Source: Bacteroidota bacterium
GTDB taxonomy: Bacteria > Bacteroidota > Ignavibacteria > UBA10030 > UBA8401
Assembly (NCBI GenBank): GCA_030679145.1
Contig: JAUXTU010000015.1
Location: 121,190 to 185,189 of the forward strand
DNA length: 64,000 nucleotides
Reading direction: 5' to 3'
Shown: one piece after another, positions 39,986 to 50,144 of the stretch
Numbering within the stretch: the first letter of the stretch is position 1
Layout: the number at the start of each line of letters is the position of its first letter
The notes under the pieces: model-generated
Database searches by the model: none
Seen by the model: the letters and a program-made list of their open reading frames with translations, nothing else
What the model was told of the DNA's origin: nothing
Position numbers and translations under genes: made by a program

Positions 39986-41815
39986 CTATTGATTTGCCGC
40001 TACCGGTTCTTCATCCGGAAGATTTGGTTCAAGTTTCATCGGTTTCTTGCCGTATCGAATGATTTCTCCGTACAAAAATTGTTCCATGCACAAACCGGCT
40101 ATCGGTGCGGCGAACGCTCCGCCGTAACCGACATTTTCAACCAGCACGCAAATTGCAATCTTTGGATCTTCGAACGGCGCAAAGCCGACATACCACGCGT
40201 GCGATTTTCCATGCGGATTCTGTGCGGTTCCTGTTTTACCGGCAACTTCAATTCCTGGTACCCGTGATGCCCAACCTGTACCACCGGGAGCCATTGCTAC
40301 ACGTCGCATGCCTTCACGCACAAGTTCCCAAGTGTGTTCGGAAAGATTGATCTCTCGTTGTTCTACTTTTGTTTCTGTATATATTTTTGTCCGTTTGTTG
40401 AATGTTTTATTAAGCGCATGAGGCTGAAAATATTTGCCTTTGTTCGCAATCATTGCTGTATAATTTGCCAATTGCAGCGGTGTTACACCGACCTCACCTT
40501 GACCAATTCCAAGACTGATCAAATATCCCTGTGTCCATTTTCCTTTTCCATGGATTCGGTCGTAATAATTTCTGTCCGGCATCAATCCAGAATTCTCTTC
40601 GGTGATATCGACCTTTGTTTGCTTTCCAAATCCGAATTGTTTTCCCATCTCGCTCCAATCATCCAGCCCGACTTTCAACATCAATTGATAGAAAAAGACA
40701 TTGCATGATCTGTGGATCGCGTCGACAACATTCACTGTTCCATGAACATGTTCGCATCTGAAAATTTTATTTCCATATCGGAACGAACCGGGGCAGGTTA
40801 CAACCCAATGTTCATCGATGATTTTTTTATCGAGAGCAGTGAGGGCAAGCAGCATTTTGAATGTTGAACCTGGCGGATATCGCGTGAGTGTTGCACGATT
40901 ATAGAGCGGAATTCCTTCGTCGTTGTTCAACGCACGCCACACATCCGGTGAGGTTGTTCCGCTGAAAATGGAAAGATCGTAATCCGGTTTGCTGACGAGA
41001 GCGATAATCCCGCCGTTGCGCGGATCGATAGCGACAACTGCGCCGCGCTTGTCGCTTAATAACGATTCCGCCATTGCCTGAACATCACCGTCAATTGCAA
41101 GATGAAGATCAAGTCCGTCAACGGGAGGAATATCATGTTTGCCGTTGTCGAACGTACCAATGATCTGTCCTTTAGCATTCTGCGAGATGAACTCCCATCC
41201 TTTTTCGCCGCGGAGCAGTTGTTCATATTTTGCTTCAATTCCCGTACTGCCGATGATGTCTCCGGGTTGATAATATTCTTTTTGTTTATCCAGCTGCACA
41301 TCGGAAATTTCTTTTGCATATCCGAACAAGTGACTTCCATGCGCGTCGGCAGGGTAGAATCGTTTCGATTCCATCTGGATCTCAACGCCGTACAATTTAT
41401 CTTTGTGTTCTTCCAGCATGGAAAGTTCAGCGAATGAAATATCACGTTTGATGCGGGTAGGGATGAATGCATTATACTTTCGTCCAAGTTTGATCTTATC
41501 CACCACCAATGTTTCCGGCATTGCAAGAATTGCTGATAACAGAGGAAGTTGTTTTTTATCAAAATCGACCGGTGTTACCATCACGCTGTACGATGGACGA
41601 TTATCGACGAGCAATTTTCCTTTTCGGTCGTAGACATAGCCTCGGAGCGCTACTTTGGGAACATTGCGGATGGAATTTTCTTCCGCTTCTTTTCCGTACA
41701 GCTCCGCATTCACGTATTGCAGCTGGAACAATCGTCCAAGCAGAATGACAAAGCCTGCGACAAGCACAATGCGTACAACAAAACGCCGATCTGCAGAACC
41801 AAAATCATCAATCAT
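39986..41815 (-). CDS. mrdA: penicillin-binding protein 2 (class B transpeptidase)
   Basis: N-terminal TM. SxxK (STFK), SxN and KTG (KTGTA) motifs. 609 aa. Confidence 0.85.
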   Translation of the reverse strand: MIDDFGSADRRFVVRIVLVAGFVILLGRLFQLQYVNAELYGKEAEENSIRNVPKVALRGYVYDRKGKLLVDNRPSYSVMVTPVDFDKKQLPLLSAILAMPETLVVDKIKLGRKYNAFIPTRIKRDISFAELSMLEEHKDKLYGVEIQMESKRFYPADAHGSHLFGYAKEISDVQLDKQKEYYQPGDIIGSTGIEAKYEQLLRGEKGWEFISQNAKGQIIGTFDNGKHDIPPVDGLDLHLAIDGDVQAMAESLLSDKRGAVVAIDPRNGGIIALVSKPDYDLSIFSGTTSPDVWRALNNDEGIPLYNRATLTRYPPGSTFKMLLALTALDKKIIDEHWVVTCPGSFRYGNKIFRCEHVHGTVNVVDAIHRSCNVFFYQLMLKVGLDDWSEMGKQFGFGKQTKVDITEENSGLMPDRNYYDRIHGKGKWTQGYLISLGIGQGEVGVTPLQLANYTAMIANKGKYFQPHALNKTFNKRTKIYTETKVEQREINLSEHTWELVREGMRRVAMAPGGTGWASRVPGIEVAGKTGTAQNPHGKSHAWYVGFAPFEDPKIAICVLVENVGYGGAFAAPIAGLCMEQFLYGEIIRYGKKPMKLEPNLPDEEPVAANQ

Positions 41816-41818
41816 AGA

Positions 41819-42307
41819 TCATCGAAGCGAAGGTTTACGTGAATGAACGAACATTGGAATTGATGCAACAGTTGTTGTGTACAGTGCGGAGAATATTCCG
41901 AAACGAAAGATCGCCGTGAGCAAATCAACATCGCTTCCTTGAGTGAAAATAATAAAATAAATCAGATTGTGAATGACCGATGCAATGCCGACAATGATCA
42001 AGAACTGATAGTTGGCAAGATTCATTTGGGTTTTGTTTTCATTGTAAAAATATCCGGCAAGAAATCCGGCGATCGTTTTTGACAGTGCAGAAAGCCCAAG
42101 AAATTGTCCGCTGACCAAATCAAGCAATAATCCGATTGCGAATCCATATACTGTTGCGGGGATCTGTCCTTCCGTGATGGCAATGTACACGATCCAGATC
42201 AGCATAATATCCGGAATGATATTCGCAATTGATGTGAAACTGACAATGGTCGTTTGCAGAGCAACAAGAAACAATGTTGTAATTGCAAGGCGTACGTGTT
42301 TTGGCAT
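41819..42307 (-). CDS. mreD: rod shape-determining protein MreD
   Basis: 162 aa with 5 TM helices. It lies immediately upstream of mrdA. Confidence 0.55.
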   Translation of the reverse strand: MPKHVRLAITTLFLVALQTTIVSFTSIANIIPDIMLIWIVYIAITEGQIPATVYGFAIGLLLDLVSGQFLGLSALSKTIAGFLAGYFYNENKTQMNLANYQFLIIVGIASVIHNLIYFIIFTQGSDVDLLTAIFRFGIFSALYTTTVASIPMFVHSRKPSLR

Positions 42308-42721
42308 TGGAGTAATGATAACAAATCAGGTTCAAGAATTTTTCTAAATTACTGCAAATTGCATCAAGAAGCAAAAATTTGCAGCAGATTGTATTTATCA
42401 TAGATAGTGAATTTAACTTTCTCAAACCGTTTAAGACCTTTCGATGTTCCTATCAGCAAAACTCCTTCCGGAGTTTTGTGTTAATCTGCCAATAGTTGCG
42501 CTTACTTCATGGGAATATTACTATACCGATTTTTGCGAGCCAAGATTATCTATCTGAGCATTGCTCAACCTAGCACCGAAGGATAAAAGGGGAGAAGCTA
42601 AAACTGCGAAACAATACTGCTGAACCATAAACAATTGTAGTGAAATAATCCCGCCTCGCTTGCGTTTCCAAATCATATTGGCTTTATTATAGCGCATTAT
42701 TCACAAACGTAAAAATCTTCT

Positions 42722-45145
42722 ATGATGAAATTGATTGTCGTCGTGTTTCTTTTCATTTGTCCCGCCATTCTTTTTTCTCAGCCAAAATCCTTAAAAGCAG
42801 CGCGCACCGCAGTTTCACCGATCATTGATGGATATGGAAATGATGAAGTGTGGAAGCAAGCAAACACTGCCTCTGATTTTGTCCAACGCGAACCGATCGA
42901 AGGAACACCGGAATCGGAGAAAACAGAATTCAAGATTCTGTATGATGATAATAATCTCTATCTCTATGCATTGATGTATGATTCACATCCGGACAGTATT
43001 GTTTCACGTCTTGCGAGGCGCGACGATATTCCTGAATCGGATTGGTTTGGTATTGGTTTCGATAGTTACAACGACAAACAGACTGCCTTTGTTTTTATTG
43101 TTCTTCCTTCCGGCAGTAAATCCGACGAGTTGATGTATAACGACGGAAAAAATGAGGATTATTCGTGGGATCCAGTCTGGGAAGTGGAAACAAAAATATT
43201 GCCAAACGGATGGAGTGCAGAGTTTAAGATTCCTCTTTCACAGATACGGTTCACCGAAGGAAACGATACATGGGGAATGAATGTTGCACGGAGAATTTCA
43301 CGAAAACAGGAAGAGACAAATTGGAATTTGATGAGCAAAAAGAAGGACGGTTTTGTTTCTCAATTTGGAATAATGACCGGAATGGCAGATATACGATTGC
43401 CAAAATTATTCGAAGTACTTCCGTACGCAGTCAGTTCATCGGAACATCATCCGCAAACCTCCAATCGAGAGAAGATAGAAAGAATCGATCCAAGTGTGGG
43501 TGTTGATATTAAATACGGAGTGTCATCAAACTATACTCTCGATGTAACATTCAATCCGGACTTTGCACAAGTGGAAGCCGATCCCGCAGTATTGAATCTT
43601 ACTACATTCGAAACATTCTATCCCGAAAAACGACCGTTCTTTATTGAAGGAACACAAATTCTTCGCTTCACCACTTTTGGCGGAGACTTTGGTCCCGGAT
43701 TATTTTATTCACGAAGAATTGGAAAACCGGTTCGGGTAAATCTTCCTTCTGACGGGAAAATAATTACCGAAGAACCGTTTCATACTACAATTCTTACAGC
43801 CGCTAAGCTCACCGGAAAAACTGAAAGCGGAACTTCCATTGGACTGTTAACCGCATTGATGGATGATGAAGAATTTTCATATCGTGATACACTTAATAAC
43901 ATCAAAACGGTTCGGGCAGAACCATCTGCAACATATAATCTTTTTCGCATAAAACAGGATTTTTGGGGAAACTCGAATATTGGCTTTATTGCCACGGGAG
44001 TTGCGCGGGAAAATCGTTCTCCCGCTTACACTGCAGGAACAGATTGGAATGTGAAATTTATTGATAATAATTATCAGCTCGATGGATTCCTTGCAGCATC
44101 AAGAATTATCCGCCCGAACAATGAAATTCGAGAAGGAAGTGCCGGAAAAATTCATTTCGGAAAAGTAAGCGGCGACTGGGTGTGGGGAATAAGTTCAGAT
44201 TTCACGTCAAAAAAATATTTTATCAACGATATTGGTTTCTTTAATGCGCCCAATGACTATGGAATGTTCGGAAATCTTACACACCGAGATTATCAACCGG
44301 GAGAATATTTCCGTTCGGTGAGTTACGGATTTTTCCCGCATCTTCGCTGGACATTTGATGGGTTGACGTTGTTTAAAGAAATAAATGCAGAACTGTGGGG
44401 ACAATTTTTGAATTATTGGAATTTTGATGTCTCAGCATCATTCTCTACATCAGCGAAAGATCCGTTTGAGTCACGAGGCAACGGAGTGTTTAATGTTCCC
44501 GAAGTCTATTTTATGAGAGGGGAAATTAGTACCGACAGCAGAGAAGAAATAATTTTTGAGTTTGAAGAAAATGTTCGCATGGCGGGGAATGGATACACAA
44601 AATATAATACCGAGTCTGCAATCATTTATAGACCAAGTTCTTCAATGGAATACCGTTTATCGGGAGGCTACGCACTTGAACGCGGACGCCCTTCGTATGC
44701 TGATGAAACACAAGATAGTGCAATTACATTTGCTCCAACAGAACCGGTTGCAGTATTTGGCAAGCGAGACGTTGATAATCTTGATATAACGCTTCGCAGT
44801 TCGATCCTTTTTTCAAACGATCTTTCACTTCAGATTTACAATCAATTCTATTGGGCAAAAGGAACATATAAAGATTTTTCTGTGTTGCGTCCCGATGGAA
44901 ATCTTACATCGTACAACTACACAGGCAATCCTGATTTCAATGAAACATCTCTGCAAACAAACGTTGTTCTCCGTTGGGAATACCGCGAAGGCAGTACATT
45001 CTTTTTTGTCTGGTCACATGGTCGTGCGTTTGAACAGAATGGCGGATATAATACATCACTTGGTACAAATTTTGATAATACATTCCTGCGAACATCGCCG
45101 GATAATGTGTATGTAGTGAAGTTAAGTTACTGGATGAGCTTGTAA
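42722..45145 (+). CDS. DUF5916-like secreted protein (CBM9-like N-terminal domain + large beta-rich C-terminal domain)
   Basis: Signal peptide. N-terminal IDGYGNDEVWKQA...FVQREP pattern. 807 aa. Confidence 0.45.
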   Translation: MMKLIVVVFLFICPAILFSQPKSLKAARTAVSPIIDGYGNDEVWKQANTASDFVQREPIEGTPESEKTEFKILYDDNNLYLYALMYDSHPDSIVSRLARRDDIPESDWFGIGFDSYNDKQTAFVFIVLPSGSKSDELMYNDGKNEDYSWDPVWEVETKILPNGWSAEFKIPLSQIRFTEGNDTWGMNVARRISRKQEETNWNLMSKKKDGFVSQFGIMTGMADIRLPKLFEVLPYAVSSSEHHPQTSNREKIERIDPSVGVDIKYGVSSNYTLDVTFNPDFAQVEADPAVLNLTTFETFYPEKRPFFIEGTQILRFTTFGGDFGPGLFYSRRIGKPVRVNLPSDGKIITEEPFHTTILTAAKLTGKTESGTSIGLLTALMDDEEFSYRDTLNNIKTVRAEPSATYNLFRIKQDFWGNSNIGFIATGVARENRSPAYTAGTDWNVKFIDNNYQLDGFLAASRIIRPNNEIREGSAGKIHFGKVSGDWVWGISSDFTSKKYFINDIGFFNAPNDYGMFGNLTHRDYQPGEYFRSVSYGFFPHLRWTFDGLTLFKEINAELWGQFLNYWNFDVSASFSTSAKDPFESRGNGVFNVPEVYFMRGEISTDSREEIIFEFEENVRMAGNGYTKYNTESAIIYRPSSSMEYRLSGGYALERGRPSYADETQDSAITFAPTEPVAVFGKRDVDNLDITLRSSILFSNDLSLQIYNQFYWAKGTYKDFSVLRPDGNLTSYNYTGNPDFNETSLQTNVVLRWEYREGSTFFFVWSHGRAFEQNGGYNTSLGTNFDNTFLRTSPDNVYVVKLSYWMSL

Positions 45146-45226
45146 TTGTATCGCTGACCTCTGGTCAGTGATTTTAAGACCAGCGGAACGGAGTTCCGCT
45201 ATACAGCACACGTGATTTTGTAAAAC

Positions 45227-45787
45227 TTATTTTACATATATCGGCTTGGGATTCTTTTCGGGCAATTGATTCAATTGTGTAGCAACAAAAAAATAGGAGA
45301 ACAGTATAGGAATTTCTACTGTCTCGACCTTTCTGTTGATATCCACAAAACTATCCTCAAGTTTCAGTACATAGGTTGGTCCTGTTTGAAACGAAAAATG
45401 TTTGAAATCATATTCCACTTCGCGGCCGACTCCCAGATCAATTCCCTGCATTGTTCGCTGCAGAAATAATAATTCTGCGTTGCTAGTATCGTGCACGGCG
45501 CCAGGATTGTATGCGGTAATGTGTGAATATCCTATGGAGATGAATGTATGCGGCAATGTTTCCTGAACATGAATGTTTGCGCGCACTCCAAAATTAAAGA
45601 TATACCAGAACGCGCTCGTATATACTTCAACACCTATCTTATCGGCAGGATAATACCGCAACGAAAGATAACCTCCGCTCGGGAATTCAAATCCATATCC
45701 GATAAAAAAGTCTCCTTTGGTTTGGGCGGTGAGATTGAACGATAATACTGAAAAGAAGAGAAGAATATAGAAGGAGGTTTTTATCAC
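45227..45787 (-). CDS. small outer-membrane beta-barrel protein (OmpW/OMP_b-brl-like)
   Basis: Signal peptide. Alternating hydrophobic strands. 186 aa. Confidence 0.5.
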   Translation of the reverse strand: MIKTSFYILLFFSVLSFNLTAQTKGDFFIGYGFEFPSGGYLSLRYYPADKIGVEVYTSAFWYIFNFGVRANIHVQETLPHTFISIGYSHITAYNPGAVHDTSNAELLFLQRTMQGIDLGVGREVEYDFKHFSFQTGPTYVLKLEDSFVDINRKVETVEIPILFSYFFVATQLNQLPEKNPKPIYVK

Positions 45788-45899
45788 TGCAATCGTGAGA
45801 TGTGTATTTTGTTGTTTATCAGTTGGATTATTGTAAGTGGTTTTGGTTTAAAGAAATGCTGAAGAAAACATTTTCATCCTTCATAATTCATCCTTTAAC

Positions 45900-46715
45900 T
45901 TATCCTTTACCAATACTTACTCTTCGTACAACTCCAAGTTTTTTTCCGAAGAATAATTCTCCAACGGATGTGAACTTTTCAGGAGCATCGCTCACAAAGA
46001 ACTGCACATTCGGTTTTTCTTTGCTCGTGTTGCGCAGACCAAGATTTTCAAGCATTGTTTCTACCGTTGATGCGGTTGCTTCTCCCGAATCGATCAGTGA
46101 AACCGTTCCTTTTGTTGCTTTCGAGATTATTTTTTTCAAGAGGGGATAATGTGTGCAACCGAGAATAAGTGTGTCGATCTTTTCTGTAGTAAGAGAAAAG
46201 AGATAATCATTGACGATCAGTTCCGTTGCTTTATGCTCAAGCCATCCTTCTTCAACAAGCGGAACAAATAACGGACACGCTTTGCTGAACACATTGATGG
46301 AATTGTTCAATCGTTTCAATTCGTGGGCATACGCGTTGCTGTTTACCGTTCCGGCTGTACCAATCACTCCGATCCGTTTATTCTTTGTAGAATGCATTGC
46401 TGCTTCCGCGCCGGGAATGATCACGCCAGTAACAGGAAGATTTGCTCGCTTTTGCACAACATCTAATGCAACCGCTGAAACAGTATTACAAGCTACAACG
46501 ATCATCTTCACATTCTTGGAAAGAAGGAAATCAGTATCATCCTGTGTGTATTCACGCACAACTTGCGCCGACTTTGATCCGTACGGAACACGCGCTGTAT
46601 CTCCAAAATACACGATATTTTCATTCGGCAGTTTTTCAAGCAGCGCACGAACCACGGTCAATCCGCCAATACCGGAATCGAATACACCGATTGATTTTTG
46701 ATTTTTTGCTGACAT
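45900..46715 (-). CDS. murI: glutamate racemase
   Basis: IGVFDSGIGGLTV and GCTHYP active-site motifs. Confidence 0.85.
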   Translation of the reverse strand: MSAKNQKSIGVFDSGIGGLTVVRALLEKLPNENIVYFGDTARVPYGSKSAQVVREYTQDDTDFLLSKNVKMIVVACNTVSAVALDVVQKRANLPVTGVIIPGAEAAMHSTKNKRIGVIGTAGTVNSNAYAHELKRLNNSINVFSKACPLFVPLVEEGWLEHKATELIVNDYLFSLTTEKIDTLILGCTHYPLLKKIISKATKGTVSLIDSGEATASTVETMLENLGLRNTSKEKPNVQFFVSDAPEKFTSVGELFFGKKLGVVRRVSIGKG

Positions 46716-46727
46716 AATTTTCTGTGG

Positions 46728-49253
46728 CTATACTTCTAATTGCACGTTCATCAACTGTTCAATAGTATGCAATATTTTCTCACGAAGAAACAACTTCTGT
46801 TCATTGGAAGATATTTTCTTTCCATCCTGCGTTTGCACATAAAATGCGTCAACAATACCGTCACCGCGTGTTGCAAGTTTTGCAAAATCGATCTGTAATT
46901 TCGCTTTGGATAATGTTTGTGTGATTTTATACAGAAATCCCGTCATATCCGGAGCATAGATGTCAATAATTGTATGCTGCGTGCTATCCTGAAAATCGAC
47001 ATCAATGCGGATGTTTGGATGCATCAGTGGTTTTGCGCGTCGTTTCCAGCGGCGATGGTGACGGTCGAACAGTTTTTCGAGCGTTTCTTTTTGTGTAAGA
47101 ACATTCTCCATATCGCGCACGATCATTGTTTGAAGTTCGGGTGATAACATTCTTTTCGTTGCGGCATCAACAACGCGGAATGAGTCCATGACAAAACCAT
47201 CTTCTCTCGTATAGATCTGCGCATCAAAGATGTTCACATCATTGGCGGAAAGCACGCCGCAGATCGTTGAGAGAAGAAATGGAGCATCACGGGTGATGAC
47301 GACGACCTTTGTATGAGCATCTTCACTTTTAAAAATAACAGAAACGGCATCCAATGTTTTGATCTGTGATTCAAACTCGTCAAGTTCGTTCCGTGAGTAA
47401 GGTGTGGAAAAAGCTTGTTCAACAAATTCTGATTTTTGAGTAAGAAGCTTTCGAGTTTTTAAATACAATTCCTGCAGCAGCATTTCTTTCCAGCTTGTCC
47501 AGACATTTTTATTTACAGCAGAAAGATCGGAGTATGTAAGAATGAACAACATATCGAGCTGCTCCGGACGAGAAAAGTTCTTTGCAAAATCTTCAATGGT
47601 AGCACGATCATTTGTGTTCCGCCGAAATGCGATCTGTTCCATGATCAAATGATTCCTGATCAAAAAAGCAACATCATCATGGTCATCGGGAAAACCGAAT
47701 CGTGCCTTCACTTTTTTCCATATATCAACACCGGTAATTTCGTGTCCCTGAATTCCCTGCGGTTTTGCAATATCATGAAAGAGAATTGCTAAATAAAGAG
47801 TCACTTTGTGAGGGAGGGAGTGAAATGTTTTTCCCAGAACACTGTCGATTTTTTGCAGTTTTTCCGCATGTTCAAGCGCAATAAGCGTATGTGCATCTGT
47901 TGTATAATAGTGATACATGCTGTGTTGAAAAAATGCCACCAGATTTCCCCACTCCTCGATGATCTTTCCCAACACATCAGCATCATTCATCATCTGCAAT
48001 GTAGCGGCAACATTTTCCGGCAGGCGAAGTATTTCCAAAAACACTTTTGCAACCGCTGTTGTATCCGATGCAAAAAATTTTTGATTTCTCAGCAATGAAG
48101 AAAGTGATGAATGCAGCGGAGAACTCAATTCAACCGAGTGAACTCCGCACCAGTAGAATGCACGAACAATATCTGCCGGAGATGAAAATTCTTTTGCAAC
48201 ATTGCGGACAAATAATTGTCCATTCCGGATCATATAAAAATCGTCAAGAACCTGCTCTCGTATTTTAGACCAGACCGATGTTGCGGTAGTTTTCCGAAAT
48301 TGATTGATAAGCAGTTTATTCAACCGGTAAACAACGCGGCCATGCAGAAAATATTCGCGCATGCAAACTTCTACGGATTCAACCGGTGTTGCCAATCGGT
48401 ATCCAATCGCTTGTGCGATCTCCAATTGTTTTGAGAATTCGAGAATATCCTGCTGTGAACCTGAATGATAATGAAGTTCATTTCTTATACGCAATATTCC
48501 ATCGAACGCATGGATCGCTTCACCCAATTCTTCGGATGAGATGATTCCATCATCCGCCAATTGGTGAAATAATGTCACGCAGCCGGATTCGTTGCAACGA
48601 AAAGGATTTAGTGAAAAGTATTTTATATTAGTTGAACGATAGACCCACACCAGCGAATGAAGATCGCGGACTCCGCCGGCACTGTTCTTCAGATTCGGTT
48701 CGAGTAATTTTACGGAATGTTCATATTTCTTATGCCGTTCATCGACACCGGTGATGACGGATGAAATGAATTTGAGATCCTGATTTTTTTCAATGTGCGC
48801 AAGAAATGCAGTAGTGTATTGATCCATCAGTTCGGAATTTCCACAGACATACCGGCTTTCCAGCACGGAAGCCCACACATCAACATCCGTTTGATAGAGA
48901 TTCAAACAATCTTTGATCGTACGAACGCTGTGACCGACATCGAAGCCGAGATTCCACAACGAGTGAAGAAATTGCTGTGCCGTGTCTGCATTCGCAACTT
49001 TTATTTGTTCATCTTTGAACAGGATCATTACATCAACATCGCTATGCGGAGCCATTTCGAACCGTCCGTAACCGCCGAGCGCAACAACGGCAAACGTATT
49101 GCGCGGTTCCTCAGGAAGTTCTTCCCACAATTTTGTAAGAGTAGAATCGACTAATTGAGACAGTTCAGATGCAACTTCTAATCCGCTTGCACCGCTCCGG
49201 TGAAAGCGGAAAATATTATCATACTCTCGAGTAAAAAATTCTTTATTCGCCAT
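46728..49253 (-). CDS. glnD: bifunctional [protein-PII] uridylyltransferase/uridylyl-removing enzyme
   Basis: Nucleotidyltransferase motif GGYGRFEMAPHSDVDV. HD domain (HDIAK). Two C-terminal ACT domains. 841 aa. Confidence 0.8.
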   Translation of the reverse strand: MANKEFFTREYDNIFRFHRSGASGLEVASELSQLVDSTLTKLWEELPEEPRNTFAVVALGGYGRFEMAPHSDVDVMILFKDEQIKVANADTAQQFLHSLWNLGFDVGHSVRTIKDCLNLYQTDVDVWASVLESRYVCGNSELMDQYTTAFLAHIEKNQDLKFISSVITGVDERHKKYEHSVKLLEPNLKNSAGGVRDLHSLVWVYRSTNIKYFSLNPFRCNESGCVTLFHQLADDGIISSEELGEAIHAFDGILRIRNELHYHSGSQQDILEFSKQLEIAQAIGYRLATPVESVEVCMREYFLHGRVVYRLNKLLINQFRKTTATSVWSKIREQVLDDFYMIRNGQLFVRNVAKEFSSPADIVRAFYWCGVHSVELSSPLHSSLSSLLRNQKFFASDTTAVAKVFLEILRLPENVAATLQMMNDADVLGKIIEEWGNLVAFFQHSMYHYYTTDAHTLIALEHAEKLQKIDSVLGKTFHSLPHKVTLYLAILFHDIAKPQGIQGHEITGVDIWKKVKARFGFPDDHDDVAFLIRNHLIMEQIAFRRNTNDRATIEDFAKNFSRPEQLDMLFILTYSDLSAVNKNVWTSWKEMLLQELYLKTRKLLTQKSEFVEQAFSTPYSRNELDEFESQIKTLDAVSVIFKSEDAHTKVVVITRDAPFLLSTICGVLSANDVNIFDAQIYTREDGFVMDSFRVVDAATKRMLSPELQTMIVRDMENVLTQKETLEKLFDRHHRRWKRRAKPLMHPNIRIDVDFQDSTQHTIIDIYAPDMTGFLYKITQTLSKAKLQIDFAKLATRGDGIVDAFYVQTQDGKKISSNEQKLFLREKILHTIEQLMNVQLEV

Positions 49254-49340
49254 TGTTTAAATATAGAACAAGAAGTGACATTTCCAATATTGTGAAGATA
49301 AAATTATTGTAATTCTTTTAGCAGAGATGATGTATGCAAT

Positions 49341-49390
49341 CGAATTATTTTCGCTTTAAAGTCGAATTATTTTCGCTTTAAATTTGACAC
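49341..49390. repeat. tandem direct repeat (2 x ~24 bp, TCGAATTATTTTCGCTTTAAAG) at the junction between the phage-derived block and glnD
   Basis: ...CAATCGAATTATTTTCGCTTTAAAGTCGAATTATTTTCGCTTTAAATTTG... Confidence 0.6.
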
Positions 49391-49394
49391 ATTG

Positions 49395-50144
49395 TCAGAC
49401 TATAAACTGAACGCCCGGCAACTCGCCAACAAACAGCAATTCTTGCGGAAACGATTTAACCTTCGACCATTGAGACCAATCAACAGCATCCTGACCCAAT
49501 CGCACGAAGTTCCAATTGCCATCAGTGTCGCGTAAAAAGAAGGGATGTAAGCGGTTTGAAATGGTGTTTAATAAACGTATAAAGTCTGTTTCCTCGGCAC
49601 TTGTAAGCCCATCCAGCGTGAATTTTCGAGTGTATTTTCCGTCTGTAACCTGCGTTGCAAAGGTTAATGCGGAAAGTGATTCATCCAAATCCGTAACGGT
49701 TGCAAATCCCTTCTTCGGGTTATTTATTATCCCTGGCAACTCCACTTGTGAGCCGATGAAGATCATACCGACTGCAGGTATAGCGGACAGTGCCGATCCC
49801 TTATTAAACTTTAACAAAAGAAATGATTCATTAAAAGTTGAGATCGTTTCGAATATTACCGAAGGAAACGATGCAATGGTTTTTAGAGATCCCGCATCAT
49901 TTTGCAATTCTAAACTTGTCAGTCCCAACGTATTAAAATTATGATTCACTATTAATATACAATCGGGTGACATTATGCTTTGATGAGTTATTGTCAACGT
50001 TTGATTTTGCGTTGTTGCCCCGCTCTTCCACTGCGTTGCATATCGACCATCTTTTAAATTTGTTAACGGATAACTTGCATCACTTCCTGCCGAAGCGGTC
50101 AATGTTGCAAGATCAATTCTATCGCAAATAAAAATAGGTTTCAT
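49395..50144 (-). CDS. phage distal tail / baseplate-region protein (hypothetical)
   Basis: 249 aa. Last gene of the tail operon. 4-nt overlap with the upstream gene. Confidence 0.35.
   Translation of the reverse strand: MKPIFICDRIDLATLTASAGSDASYPLTNLKDGRYATQWKSGATTQNQTLTITHQSIMSPDCILIVNHNFNTLGLTSLELQNDAGSLKTIASFPSVIFETISTFNESFLLLKFNKGSALSAIPAVGMIFIGSQVELPGIINNPKKGFATVTDLDESLSALTFATQVTDGKYTRKFTLDGLTSAEETDFIRLLNTISNRLHPFFLRDTDGNWNFVRLGQDAVDWSQWSKVKSFPQELLFVGELPGVQFIV

Noticed and set aside
45146-45226. Possible tRNA or ncRNA after the DUF5916 gene
   Set aside because: Only two short hairpins (TGACC-TCTG-GGTCA; AGCGGAAC-GGAG-TTCCGCT). No cloverleaf is discernible. They are more likely terminators for the convergent genes.
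49341-49390. Possible CRISPR array
   Set aside because: Only two tandem copies with no spacers. There are no cas genes in the window.
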